DNA of 64,000 nucleotides from an uncultured Planctomycetota bacterium. Its GTDB lineage: Bacteria > Planctomycetota > Phycisphaerae > Tepidisphaerales > Tepidisphaeraceae. Below are positions 43,053-52,775 of this stretch, piece by piece (position 1 is the first letter of the stretch; every line of letters starts with the position of its first letter). The stretch covers positions 352,001 through 416,000 of the forward strand of contig CAWJEN010000006.1 in assembly GCA_963841915.1 (NCBI GenBank), given 5' to 3'. The position numbers and the translations under genes are program-made. Below the pieces are notes generated by a model. That model did not search any database. It saw only the letters and a list, made by a program, of their open reading frames with translations, and was not told where the DNA came from.

Positions 43053-43214
43053 ATGAGCACCGAAGATCAAGCAGCAGGCAAGGCCAAGCAACTCAAGGGC
43101 AAAGTCAAAGACGTCGTCGGGGCGGCGACGGATGACAAGTCCAAGCAGGCCGGCGGCAAGGTCGACAAGGCTGTCGGCAAGGTGCAGGAGAAGATCGGCA
43201 AGGCGACGAAGTAG
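43053..43214 (+). CDS. CsbD family stress protein
   Basis: AAGGAG RBS; GKAKQLKGKVKDVVGAATDD...GKVQEKIG. Confidence 0.9.
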   Translation: MSTEDQAAGKAKQLKGKVKDVVGAATDDKSKQAGGKVDKAVGKVQEKIGKATK

Positions 43215-43290
43215 GCACCAGCGTCGTCAGCGCCTCAAGCCTGCTGCAAATTGGGCCACATATGCTAACGGTCGCTTTTGACCGAGATTC

Positions 43291-43320
43291 GGCCGCCATC
43301 CGTCGCGATGGCGGCCTTTT
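43291..43320 (+). terminator. Rho-independent terminator
   Basis: GGCCGCCATC-6 nt-GATGGCGGCC-TTTT. Confidence 0.8.
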
Positions 43321-43453
43321 CGCGTCTTTTTGCAGAAGTCGCTAAGGGTCCGTGCCGATATAACTCGGCCGGTGGATAATCATCGGCGTCGGGGGGGCTC
43401 CCGGCGTGTGACCGGTGGTCTTGAGAACGCGTACAACGCCTTGCTCAAGCTCG

Positions 43454-46132
43454 ATGAAACCATATCGTGCCACGGATCGCCGGCTGGTCGCCGCGGTTGA
43501 AGTGTTAGAAGTTCGCCGCCTCCTGGCGACCTTTGCAGTGACTCAGCTGTCCGATGCCGGTGCAGGTTCCCTGCGGCAGGCGGTTCTCGATGCGAGCCTG
43601 AACGCCGGGCCCGACTTCATCGATCTCACCGGTGTTGCCGGTGCGATTACTCTCGCCAGCGAAATTGTCTTAAACGATGACCTGACGCTCATCGGGCCGG
43701 GCCGTGAACTGCTGTCGATCAGCGGAAACAACGCCACACGCCTCTACCGGCACGTCGGTGGCGATGTGGAACTGCACGACCTAACGCTGCAAAACGGCTC
43801 GGCCACCATCGGCGGGGCGTACCGCGGCACCGGTGGAAGCGTCGTCTTCGACGGTGTGGAACTCAGCGACAACGTCGCCAGCCTCCGCGGCGGTGCCATC
43901 GACGCAGACGGTGTCGACGTCACGCTCCGCAACAGCGTCGTCCGCGACAACTTTGTCGGCGACGACGCCATTGCGGCAGGGCTCACGGTTGGAGACGGTC
44001 GCGGCGCGGGCTTGTACCTGACGCTCGGTGATCTGCTGATCGAGACGTCCTCCATCGTCGGCAACGTCGTCCTCGACAACTACGAAAGCGGTGCCGGCTC
44101 GGCACTGTTCGTCACGCACGGCCTGGCGTCGCACACGACGACGATCCACAACAGCACGATTGCCGCCAATCGCATTGGCGCGACAGGGGTCGCCGGGGCG
44201 GCAGTTCATGTCGAACACGTGCTCAGCGGGTCGATCGATCTCGAGTCCGTCACGATTGCGGGCAACACCGCTGCGTCGGTGACCGTCAGTCCGGCCGTCT
44301 ATCTCTCGACGCTTTCGGCGACGACGGTGAAGAATACCCTTATCGCCGACAATCCGGTGTCGCTGTCGGTCGAGGCCACGCTGAACGGTGGTGTCGGTTC
44401 GTCCGTTGAGAACTCACTTGTCAGCGGTGTCACTGCCGGCTCGCTGACCGTTGCGGGCGGCGTTGCGGGCAACGTGATCGGGGCGGTGGGCAACCTGCTC
44501 GACGCCGGCCTCGGCACGCTGCAGGACTCGGCCGGCGGTGTCCCGTTTGTGCCGTTGCTTACCGGCAGTCTCGCCATCAATGCCGCCTCCCTGGACGCGT
44601 TCGCCACCGACCAATTCGGCACGCTACGCCAGGGCCTCGCCGACATCGGCAGCATCGAATACGTGCCCTACGCCCCGACCGTCGTGACGGCGACGTTACC
44701 CGACGCGACGGCTGGCGTGGCCTACTCGGTGACCATCGAAGCCACGGACGCCAATGCTGATCTGCTGACCATCGTCGGCACGATTCTGCCAAGTTGGATG
44801 ATATTCGTCGACCACGGCGACGGCACCGCGACCCTGTCCGGGACACCCGACTACGACGACTTGGGCGGCCTTGTGCTGCTGACGTTCAGCGACGGCACGC
44901 TGCTGTCGACGCTGTCGCAAACGATTGGCCTGACCCTGCCGAACCGGGCGCCGACGACTTTGTCCATGACGGGTGGTCTGATCGCCGAGGATGCCACCGT
45001 CGGTACGTCGGTGGCGTCGTTTGAGGGTGCTGACCTGGATGCGGGCGACGCCTTGACCTATGCCATTGTCGGCGACGCCGGACCGTTTGTGTTGTCGTCA
45101 GGAGGTGCACTGACGCTCGGCACAGCCGTCGACTTTGAAGACCAGGCAGTTCATGCGCTGACGGTGGAGGTCAGAGACGGTGCCGGCGAGCGGGTTGAGC
45201 AGACATTTCAGATTGGCGTCACCGATGTGGGCCCGAAGATCTCCAGCGACAAGAAGCCCGGCCGCGTGCGGCTGGCGGGCGCGACCGAGGGGCCGGACTT
45301 GATCCGCTTCACGATCGAACTTGACGGTCGTACGAAAGGCTGGATCAACGGCGAGCCGGTTACCTTCGATGCAGATGTCGTGGCGGTCCGACTCGACACG
45401 CTCGGTGGTGACGACAACGTCATCATCCACGCCGGCGTGGCGGCGGTGTGGCTCAACACGGGCCCGGGCAACGACGTCGTCGATGTCACTGCCGACGCAA
45501 ACTCCGAGCAATTCATCGTCGTCGAAGGCGGCCCGGGTAACGACAGCATCATCGGAACAAGCGGTCCGGACGCACTTTACGGCGGTGAAGGGGACGACAC
45601 ACTCATCGGCCTCGGTGGCAACGATGCGTTGTACGGCGGACCCGGTGACGACACGCTGGCGGGACAATCGGGTGACGACACCCTCGAAGGCGGACTCGGC
45701 AGCGACGTCTTGACGGGTGGGGCTGGAACCGATCTTGCCTGGTACTCCGGCAGGACGGACGACCTGGAAATTCGCCTCGATGGTTCGGCGTCGAGTGGGC
45801 ACAGCGGTGAGGCCGACACCATTGCCGAAGACGTCGAAAATGCCATCGGTGGCAGCGGTAACGACACCATTTACGGCAACGCCGCCAACAACTACCTCAT
45901 CGGCAACGACGGCGACGACGAACTCTTCGGCCTCGACGGCAAGGACTACCTCGACGCCGGCACCGGCAACGATGACCTGCACGGCGGCGACGATTACGAC
46001 GAGCTCTTGCCTGGTGTGGCCGAAGGCGGCGACCGCGTCTTCGGCGGAGGTGGCTTTGACACCGTCTTCATCACCAACTTTTCCAACGTCGCGATCGCTG
46101 ACGCAGAGCAGGAAATCGACCTCCTCCTGTAG
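43454..46132 (+). CDS. Large extracellular adhesin-like protein (planctomycete export motif, beta-helix, Ig/cadherin, RTX Ca-binding repeats)
   Basis: VEVLEVRRLLA, DAGAGSLRQA, DIGSIE, DHGDGTATLSGTP, DFED cadherin, many GGxGxD repeats. Confidence 0.85.
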   Translation: MKPYRATDRRLVAAVEVLEVRRLLATFAVTQLSDAGAGSLRQAVLDASLNAGPDFIDLTGVAGAITLASEIVLNDDLTLIGPGRELLSISGNNATRLYRHVGGDVELHDLTLQNGSATIGGAYRGTGGSVVFDGVELSDNVASLRGGAIDADGVDVTLRNSVVRDNFVGDDAIAAGLTVGDGRGAGLYLTLGDLLIETSSIVGNVVLDNYESGAGSALFVTHGLASHTTTIHNSTIAANRIGATGVAGAAVHVEHVLSGSIDLESVTIAGNTAASVTVSPAVYLSTLSATTVKNTLIADNPVSLSVEATLNGGVGSSVENSLVSGVTAGSLTVAGGVAGNVIGAVGNLLDAGLGTLQDSAGGVPFVPLLTGSLAINAASLDAFATDQFGTLRQGLADIGSIEYVPYAPTVVTATLPDATAGVAYSVTIEATDANADLLTIVGTILPSWMIFVDHGDGTATLSGTPDYDDLGGLVLLTFSDGTLLSTLSQTIGLTLPNRAPTTLSMTGGLIAEDATVGTSVASFEGADLDAGDALTYAIVGDAGPFVLSSGGALTLGTAVDFEDQAVHALTVEVRDGAGERVEQTFQIGVTDVGPKISSDKKPGRVRLAGATEGPDLIRFTIELDGRTKGWINGEPVTFDADVVAVRLDTLGGDDNVIIHAGVAAVWLNTGPGNDVVDVTADANSEQFIVVEGGPGNDSIIGTSGPDALYGGEGDDTLIGLGGNDALYGGPGDDTLAGQSGDDTLEGGLGSDVLTGGAGTDLAWYSGRTDDLEIRLDGSASSGHSGEADTIAEDVENAIGGSGNDTIYGNAANNYLIGNDGDDELFGLDGKDYLDAGTGNDDLHGGDDYDELLPGVAEGGDRVFGGGGFDTVFITNFSNVAIADAEQEIDLLL

Positions 46133-46147
46133 CGGACTGCTCGTCTG

Positions 46148-46687
46148 CTACGCCCGGTTCCAAGGCATGAGGGCCAGGGCCTTGGCCATGCCGCACCAGC
46201 CGCTGAGGCCGGCAAAGGTCAGACCCGTCCCGATGAAACCGGGCACGATGAGAAACCACGGCGAAACGAAGACGCCCAGCAGCGTGCCGACAAGTGTCAG
46301 GCTGCCGGCGGTGATCTGCATCTGACGCATCACGTCGAGCTTGGGCGCGCCCTTGGGTTTGACGGTCGGCTTGCCGGCCGACTTCCACGCGTCGATGCCA
46401 CCGGTAAGCTGTGGCACGCTCACGCCGGCGGCGGCGAGCTGGGCGGCGGCTTTGCCCGACCGGGCGCCGCTCTTGCAATGCAGCACGATGCGATCGGTGT
46501 CGTCACGCGCAAGTAACGCATCTGCGTCGAACTTGGACAACGGCATGTTCTCGCTGGGCGCGATGTGCTCGCCTCGATGCTCGAAGTCCTCGCGGACGTC
46601 AATGAGTGTCACTTCACCGGCAGCCAACAAGCGTTCGAGCTCGGCCGGCGACACGTCAGATCTGGGCGGCGACTGGGTCTGGGTCAT
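46148..46687 (-). CDS. Rhodanese domain protein with C-terminal DUF2892 membrane domain (YgaP-like)
   Basis: LIDVRE, HCKSGARS, LTGGIDAW, RQMQITAG...SGWCGMA. Confidence 0.92.
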   Translation of the reverse strand: MTQTQSPPRSDVSPAELERLLAAGEVTLIDVREDFEHRGEHIAPSENMPLSKFDADALLARDDTDRIVLHCKSGARSGKAAAQLAAAGVSVPQLTGGIDAWKSAGKPTVKPKGAPKLDVMRQMQITAGSLTLVGTLLGVFVSPWFLIVPGFIGTGLTFAGLSGWCGMAKALALMPWNRA

Positions 46688-46807
46688 GGCGTCACTACCG
46701 TAGCGCGGCAGCCACGCGACCGCCCGCAACCGCTGTAACGGCCGGTCCGCTGGCCAATGTTCCTGGGGCCACACCCGAGCGGCGCCGAGAGTGTGGCTTC
46801 GAGCCAC

Positions 46808-47617
46808 CTATGCCAGCAGCAGACGCGTCGCCTGCTCCACATCGTCTTCCCGCATAAGCGACTCACCGACCAGCATCGCCCGCACACCGGCGTCGGCGAG
46901 CTTGGCTACATGGTCACGTGTGCTGATGCCCGACTCGCTGACGAGCACGCTCTTGTCCTCGACAAGCTCCGCCAGGCGCAGCGACGTCGAGAGGCTCGTG
47001 TGGAACGTGTCGAGGTCGCGGTTATTGATGCCGATGAGCGAGTAGGACTTATGCGGGAAGCCGATGACGGTGTCTCGGACGCGAATGAGATTTTCCATCG
47101 AGTGGACCTCGATGAGCGTCGTCATCTTCAACTCGGTGGCCAGAATCTGCAGGTCGATCATCTCGTTGACCTGCAACGCCTCTGCAATCAGCAGGATCGC
47201 GTCGGCGTTGTTCGCCCGGGCTTCATAAACCTGGTACGGGTCGATGATGAAATCTTTCCGCAGCACCGGCAGGCTGACGGCGGCGCGGGCTTGCTGCAGG
47301 TAGTCGAGGCTGCCGCGGAAGTAGGTCTCGTCAGTGAGGACTGACAGCGCGTCGGCCCCGCCGGCTTCGTAAGCGCGGGCGAGGGTCGCCGGGTCGAAGT
47401 CGTCACGGATGACACCTGCTGACGGCGAGGCCTTCTTGATCTCGGCAATGAGGTTGAGCGGCTTGCCGCGGTCGAGGGTGACTGCCTTGAAAAAGTTGCG
47501 GGGCCGATCGGCGTCGGCGGCCCGTTTCTTGAGCTCGTCGACGGATACCGCCGCAGACCGCTCTGCAATTTCCTGGCGTTTCGTGTCGAGAATGCGGGGC
47601 AGGATCGGGCGGGACAT
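46808..47617 (-). CDS. trpC: Indole-3-glycerol phosphate synthase
   Basis: IAEIKKASPSAG, LSVLTD, LRKDFI, GINNRDL, VSESGI. Confidence 0.96.
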   Translation of the reverse strand: MSRPILPRILDTKRQEIAERSAAVSVDELKKRAADADRPRNFFKAVTLDRGKPLNLIAEIKKASPSAGVIRDDFDPATLARAYEAGGADALSVLTDETYFRGSLDYLQQARAAVSLPVLRKDFIIDPYQVYEARANNADAILLIAEALQVNEMIDLQILATELKMTTLIEVHSMENLIRVRDTVIGFPHKSYSLIGINNRDLDTFHTSLSTSLRLAELVEDKSVLVSESGISTRDHVAKLADAGVRAMLVGESLMREDDVEQATRLLLA

Positions 47618-47687
47618 AACGTGCGGCGGCATGGTAGAACGCGTCGGCGGAGCCATCCTCGCACAAGCCGCAGCAGGTGACGCATCA

Positions 47688-48524
47688 GTGGCCTTCACGC
47701 CGGATCATCTTCCAATTGTCCTGTTGTGGCTGGCGGCTGCGTTAGGTGGCAGCGTGTTGACCGCATGGTTCTTCTACGCCATCGGCGCGTTCAAGAACAA
47801 ACCGCTCCTGCCACCGCGAATCAGCGGTCGCATGGGCTGGGCCGGGCTCGGCGGGGCGGTTCTGGCCATCGCTTGGATCTGGACGGCCGCGGGTGTGACG
47901 TTCGGGGCGCTCGATCTTGACGCGTCGGACCTGATGCTCACGACGGCGCTGCAGACCTTCACGCCCATCATCGCGTTTCTGATCGCCGTGCTTGTGCTGC
48001 TCAAGCTCGGTGGCAAGTCGATCGACCCTGGCCTGACACGTCCGGGCGGGTTCGTCGTCGGCATGGGCTGGCTCGCGTTCGTGCTCCCGATGCTCTGGGC
48101 AACGACGCTCTTTGCTCTTGCAGTGCGACTGTGGCTCGGGCAGACGGTCGAGGATGTCCACCCGCTGATCGAGCAGATCATGGCCGCTGATGATTCGACG
48201 CTGCTCGTCCTGCTCGTCATGCAGGCCGTCGTTGCGGCGCCGCTTGTAGAAGAGCTCTTGTTTCGCGGCGTCCTGCAGACGGCCCTCGGGCACGGGCTCG
48301 GCACCGTCGTCGGCATGCAGGCCGGCCGATGGCTCGCCATCACCGCCATCAGCCTCGCCTTCGCCCTCGTCCACCCGCTCTGGTCGGCCCCGACAATCTT
48401 TGTTCTGGCGATGATCCTCGGCTGGCTGTACGAGCGGACAGGGAATCTGTGGGTGCCGATCGGACTGCACTTTGCCTTCAACGCCGTCTCGATCACGCTC
48501 GCGCTGCTTCAAGCCAGTGCGTAG
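47688..48524 (+). CDS. CPBP (Abi/CAAX) family intramembrane metalloprotease
   Basis: APLVEELLFRG, FALVH, YERTGNL, HFAFN. Confidence 0.9.
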   Translation: MAFTPDHLPIVLLWLAAALGGSVLTAWFFYAIGAFKNKPLLPPRISGRMGWAGLGGAVLAIAWIWTAAGVTFGALDLDASDLMLTTALQTFTPIIAFLIAVLVLLKLGGKSIDPGLTRPGGFVVGMGWLAFVLPMLWATTLFALAVRLWLGQTVEDVHPLIEQIMAADDSTLLVLLVMQAVVAAPLVEELLFRGVLQTALGHGLGTVVGMQAGRWLAITAISLAFALVHPLWSAPTIFVLAMILGWLYERTGNLWVPIGLHFAFNAVSITLALLQASA

Positions 48525-48609
48525 AGCAGTCAGCGCGCAGGTTGCGGACCCCCAATGCCTCCGCTCGAGGTAACCGCTGAATAGATAGCTGAGTGCTCCA
48601 TGTGGACGG

Positions 48610-49104
48610 CTAGAACAGGTCCATCAGCTTGTCGATGTCCGCCTCGAGGTCACTTGTCATCAGCAGATCCGACGCAACGGCTTCGTACCACGGCATCCGC
48701 TCCGCCAGCAGGTGCCGGATCTCGTCGATGCCGGACAGGTCGGTCAGGGCAGGGCGGTTGTTGTCGCCGTTGATGCGGACGTGAAGGACCTCGACGTCTG
48801 CCAGCAACAGCACGCGCGGGCATCTTGCTTGCAACAGCAGATCGCGGTTGACCGGTCGCACGACCACACCACCGCCCGTGGCAAGAACGGTGTCTTGCTG
48901 CAAAGCCTCGCGCAAGGCAGTTGTCTCGCGATCGCGGAATCCGGCTTCGCCTTCTGCCTCGAACAGCTCCGGAATCGAACGACCGGCCGCATCGACGATG
49001 GCAGTATCAAGGTCGATGAAGTCGATGCCCAAACGCTCGGCCAAGCCTCGGCCGAGGGTGGATTTTCCGCTGCCACGTGGACCAAGCAGGATCAGGCGTG
49101 ACAT
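48610..49104 (-). CDS. aroK: Shikimate kinase
   Basis: GPRGSGKST, DLD, GEAGFRDRE, ATGGG, RPAL, R.PWY. Confidence 0.93.
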   Translation of the reverse strand: MSRLILLGPRGSGKSTLGRGLAERLGIDFIDLDTAIVDAAGRSIPELFEAEGEAGFRDRETTALREALQQDTVLATGGGVVVRPVNRDLLLQARCPRVLLLADVEVLHVRINGDNNRPALTDLSGIDEIRHLLAERMPWYEAVASDLLMTSDLEADIDKLMDLF

Positions 49105-49144
49105 CTTCCGACGGTAGCGCGGTTCGTGGTTTAGACTGCCGCCC

Positions 49145-49873
49145 ATGCCCGACGCCAGCCCTACCACTTATCGCCGCGTGCTCCTCAAGATCAGTGGCGA
49201 GGGCTTTAGCACCGAAGGCGGGTTCGGCATCGAGCCGGGTCCGATGGAAAAGGTCGCCCGCGAGATCGCCGACGTCGCCCAGAGCGGCGTCGAGACGGCC
49301 GTCGTGGTCGGCGGTGGTAACTTCCTCCGCGGGGCAACCTTCAGCCAGGGCAGCCACATCCCGCGGGTGACGGCCGACTACATGGGCATGCTGGCCACGG
49401 TGCTCAACGCGCTGGCGCTGCAGGAGACGCTCGAGGCGGTGGGGCAACCGACGCGGGTGATGAGCGCGTTCCCGATCAGCACAGTGTGCGAACCCTTCAT
49501 CCGCCGCAAAGCGATTCGGCACCTCGAGAAGAAGCGCGTCATCATCCTGGCGGCAGGTACGGGTAACCCGTTCGTCACGACCGACACCTGTGCCGCGTTG
49601 CGTGCCATTGAAATCGAGGCCGATGTCGTTCTGAAGGCGACCAAGGTCGACGGCATCTACGACAAAGACCCCAAGAAGTTTAACGACGCCGTTAAGCTCG
49701 ACGAGGTCAGCTTCGATCGTGCCATCGGCGACGACCTGAAGGTGATGGACACGGCTGCGTTTGCAATGTGTCGGGAGCAGAAGATGCCGCTCGTCGTCTT
49801 CAACGTGCTCGAGCCCGGCAACATCGGCCGCGTCGCCAAGGGCGAGCGGGTCGGCACACGGATCAACCCGTGA
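49145..49873 (+). CDS. pyrH: UMP kinase
   Basis: RVLLKISGE, GGGNFLRG, DYMGMLAT, GNPFVTTDT, VDGIYDKDP. Confidence 0.97.
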   Translation: MPDASPTTYRRVLLKISGEGFSTEGGFGIEPGPMEKVAREIADVAQSGVETAVVVGGGNFLRGATFSQGSHIPRVTADYMGMLATVLNALALQETLEAVGQPTRVMSAFPISTVCEPFIRRKAIRHLEKKRVIILAAGTGNPFVTTDTCAALRAIEIEADVVLKATKVDGIYDKDPKKFNDAVKLDEVSFDRAIGDDLKVMDTAAFAMCREQKMPLVVFNVLEPGNIGRVAKGERVGTRINP

Positions 49874-49906
49874 CACTCGTGGCCGAGTCGGCCCTACTGT
49901 GGCGAT

Positions 49907-50467
49907 ATGCCAGTTGATGAAATCTTGTTCGAGTGCGAAGAGCACATGGAGAAGGCCGTGGACCACCTGCACCACGAGCTGCGGGGCGTTCGCACCGGCC
50001 GCGCATCGCCAGCGCTGATCGAGTTCGTCAAGGTCGACTATTACGGCGCCCCGACAGACCTCAAGAGCATCGCGAGCATCAACGTCAACGAGGGCAACCA
50101 GCTCGTCGTCAAGCCCTTCAGCCCGCAAGACATCGGCCCGATCAACAAGGCGCTCAGCGAAAACCCGCTCGGCCTCAACCCGCAAAGCGACGGCAAGCAG
50201 ATCCGCATCAAGTTACCAAGCATGAGCCAGGATCGGCGGAAACAACTCGTCGCCCAGGTCCACAAGTACGGCGAAGAGTCGAAGATCAAGATCCGAAACG
50301 CCCGCCGCGACGCCAACAAGAGCATCGACGCAGAGGAAAAGTCCAGCGACATTGGTGAGGACGATGCCGCCCGCGCCAAGGACGACGTGCAGGAGCTGAC
50401 CAAGCAGTACGAAGAGAAGGTCAACGTCTCGACCAAGAAGAAGGAAGATGACGTGATGGAGGTCTAG
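49907..50467 (+). CDS. frr: Ribosome recycling factor
   Basis: RTGRASP, VDYYG, LGLNPQSDG, IRNARRDAN. Confidence 0.97.
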   Translation: MPVDEILFECEEHMEKAVDHLHHELRGVRTGRASPALIEFVKVDYYGAPTDLKSIASINVNEGNQLVVKPFSPQDIGPINKALSENPLGLNPQSDGKQIRIKLPSMSQDRRKQLVAQVHKYGEESKIKIRNARRDANKSIDAEEKSSDIGEDDAARAKDDVQELTKQYEEKVNVSTKKKEDDVMEV

Positions 50468-50578
50468 CAGAGGCAGTCGGCCACGCCACTTTGGCGGCTT
50501 GATTGCAAGATTGATCAGGCGTCGTTATCGGTCCATACCACTGTCGGTGACCACGGCTTCGGGTCGATCCTGTTGTTC

Positions 50579-50923
50579 ATGGACCCGACCCCGAAGCAGC
50601 CGAACGTCGAGCCGACGCACATCGCTCCTGTCGTCAATGACGCTGAGGCGGCCAAGCGTGAGGCCGGCATGCGGATCTATTCGGCCATACTCGGCCACGA
50701 GCCGTCGGTCGATCCGACCGCACCTGATCTGCTGCACCGCAACCGCTTCGTCGAGTTCACGGACAATCTTCGTGAGCGGGCGGCGGCGGGGCAGCTTCCT
50801 GCTGCGACACCGGCCAACGTCCCGGCGTGGCGTCACTTGCTCGAGCACGCCGCCGCCGCCACGTCGGCCGCCACGCGTCGCCTCGACGAAGCCCGTCGGC
50901 GTCTTCGCGACCGGGCGGCTTAG
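50579..50923 (+). CDS. Hypothetical protein
   Basis: Fills the frr-tsaD gap on the same strand with host-like codon usage; no recognisable motif. Confidence 0.5.
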   Translation: MDPTPKQPNVEPTHIAPVVNDAEAAKREAGMRIYSAILGHEPSVDPTAPDLLHRNRFVEFTDNLRERAAAGQLPAATPANVPAWRHLLEHAAAATSAATRRLDEARRRLRDRAA

Positions 50924-50933
50924 GCTGCGGGCA

Positions 50934-51947
50934 ATGCCCCTGATCCTCGGCATCGAGACCACCTGCGACGAAACCGCCGCTGCCGTGTGCGACGGGACAC
51001 GCGTCCTATCGAACGTCATCAGTTCGCAGGTCGAGGCCCACGCCCTCTACGGTGGTGTTGTCCCGGAGATCGCCGGGCGGCAGCACGTCGAGCACATCCT
51101 GCCCGTCGTGACGCAGGCCGTCGAGGCGGCAGGGCTGTCCCTAGCCGATCTCGATGCCGTCGCCGTCGCGCATCGACCGGGCCTCATCGGCTGCCTCGTC
51201 GTCGGCCTGACCGCCGCAAAGACCCTCGCCTGGACGCTCGGCCTGCCGTTGGTCGCGGTCGATCATGTGCGGGCGCATCTGTACAGCGTCACGCTCGACC
51301 GCGACGACTCACCACCCATGCCTGCCGTTGGGCTCGTCGTCTCAGGCGGACACACGTCGCTTTATCGCGTTGGCTCGTGGAGCGACATCGAGGCCATCGG
51401 CAGCACCCGTGATGACGCCGTCGGCGAGGCGTATGACAAGGCCGCCGCAATGCTCGGCCTCGGGTATCCGGGTGGCCCGATCATCGACCGCATCGCTAAC
51501 GACGGAGATCCGAAGGCGCTGCCGTTGCCACGCCCGACGCTCGGCCGCGAGTCGCTCGACTTCTCTTTCAGCGGCCTCAAGACGGCGTTGCTCTATGCCG
51601 TCTTCGGGAAGAACGGCCGCGAGCGGACGCTTGCCGATCTCAGCGAGCAAGAGGTCGTCGACGCCTGCGCCAGCTTCCAGGCGGCGTGCGTCGACACGCT
51701 CGTTAAAAAGCTCCAGCGGGCGGCGGAGCAGACAAACGCCAGCAGCCTCATCATCGGTGGCGGCGTCAGTGCGAATCGAGCCTTGCGCGAGGCCGTGGCG
51801 ACACGTCTCGACCTGCCGGCGTTCGTGCCGAAACCGAGCTACTGCACCGACAATGCAGCCATGATTGCCGGCCTCGGCGGCGTCCAGCTGGCTGCGGGCG
51901 ACGTGGCCGACCTGACGCTCGACGCCGCCGCAACTGTGAGGCGGTGA
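50934..51947 (+). CDS. tsaD: tRNA threonylcarbamoyltransferase TsaD
   Basis: LGIETTCDET, GGVVPEIA, HVRAH, VSGGHT, DDAVGEAYDK, FSFSGLKT, CTDNAAMI. Confidence 0.97.
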   Translation: MPLILGIETTCDETAAAVCDGTRVLSNVISSQVEAHALYGGVVPEIAGRQHVEHILPVVTQAVEAAGLSLADLDAVAVAHRPGLIGCLVVGLTAAKTLAWTLGLPLVAVDHVRAHLYSVTLDRDDSPPMPAVGLVVSGGHTSLYRVGSWSDIEAIGSTRDDAVGEAYDKAAAMLGLGYPGGPIIDRIANDGDPKALPLPRPTLGRESLDFSFSGLKTALLYAVFGKNGRERTLADLSEQEVVDACASFQAACVDTLVKKLQRAAEQTNASSLIIGGGVSANRALREAVATRLDLPAFVPKPSYCTDNAAMIAGLGGVQLAAGDVADLTLDAAATVRR

Positions 51948-51952
51948 CGAGG

Positions 51953-52690
51953 TCAATAGCCGACCGTGTCTGACGACGTTGCATCGACGGCAGGCAGGCC
52001 GAGCTCTTTGCGTAGCTCGCTCAAGATGGCAACGGTCGAACTGGTGCCCGCACGCGTGCAGCCGATGGCTTGGACGTCGCGAAGTCGAGCGAGTGTGCGA
52101 ATGCCGCCGCTGGCTTTGACCTGCACGCGATCTGGCGACGCGGCGCGCATGAGCTTGAGGTCGTGATCCGTTGCGCCGACCGCCACGCCGTCAGCCGGGT
52201 TGCCGAATCCGGTGGAGGTCTTCACCCAGTCGACGCCGGCATCGCCGCAGCTTTCGCAGAGCTTGCGCTTCTCGTCATCGCTGAGGTAGCACGTCTCGAA
52301 GATCGCCTTGACCTTCGCCCCCGCTTCATGCGCGGCGTCGATGACGGCCCGGACGTCGTCGCTGACAAACTGCCAGTCGCCGCTTTTGACGCGGGAGATG
52401 TTGACGACGAAGTCGAGTTCCTTGGCGCCCGCGGCTGCGGCAAATCGGGCGTCGGCGACCTTGGCGGCCGTCGCGTGCGATCCGTGCGGAAAGCCGACGA
52501 CACTGCACGACACGGTTTTGCTACCAGCCAGCAGGTCGGCCGCTTCGCCGGCGAAGTGCGGCATTACGCAGCAACTGGCAATCCCGTACGCCTTCGACAG
52601 CACGCACCCCTCACGCAACGCCGCCCGGTCGGCATCGGGCTTGAGCACCGCGTGGTCGATCATCCCGGCAAGCACCTCGTAGTCGTTCAT
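51953..52690 (-). CDS. deoC: Deoxyribose-phosphate aldolase
   Basis: IDHAVLKP, VVGFPHG, KAIFETCYL, WVKTSTGF, VKASGGIR, RAGTS. Confidence 0.96.
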   Translation of the reverse strand: MNDYEVLAGMIDHAVLKPDADRAALREGCVLSKAYGIASCCVMPHFAGEAADLLAGSKTVSCSVVGFPHGSHATAAKVADARFAAAAGAKELDFVVNISRVKSGDWQFVSDDVRAVIDAAHEAGAKVKAIFETCYLSDDEKRKLCESCGDAGVDWVKTSTGFGNPADGVAVGATDHDLKLMRAASPDRVQVKASGGIRTLARLRDVQAIGCTRAGTSSTVAILSELRKELGLPAVDATSSDTVGY

Positions 52691-52716
52691 GATCAACATT
52701 AGAACCACAACGCAGG

Positions 52717-52749
52717 ACCGCCGCCCCGGTGCACACGCGAGACGGCGGT
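52717..52749. terminator. GC-rich hairpin downstream of the large PEP-CTERM gene (possible terminator)
   Basis: ACCGCCGCCCCG...CGAGACGGCGGT inverted repeat; weak U-tract. Confidence 0.5.
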
Positions 52750-52775
52750 TTCCCCTAAAATTGTCACGTCACGAT

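Noticed and set aside
43371..43379. DnaA-box-like GGTGGATAA
   Set aside because: A single one-mismatch copy about 23 kb from dnaA, not clustered; compatible with chance.
50499..50933. 145-aa N-terminal extension of TsaD in the ORF track
   Set aside because: Arg/Ser-rich off-frame read-through. TsaD homology starts at MPLILGIET (50934), and a separate ORF occupies 50579-50923.
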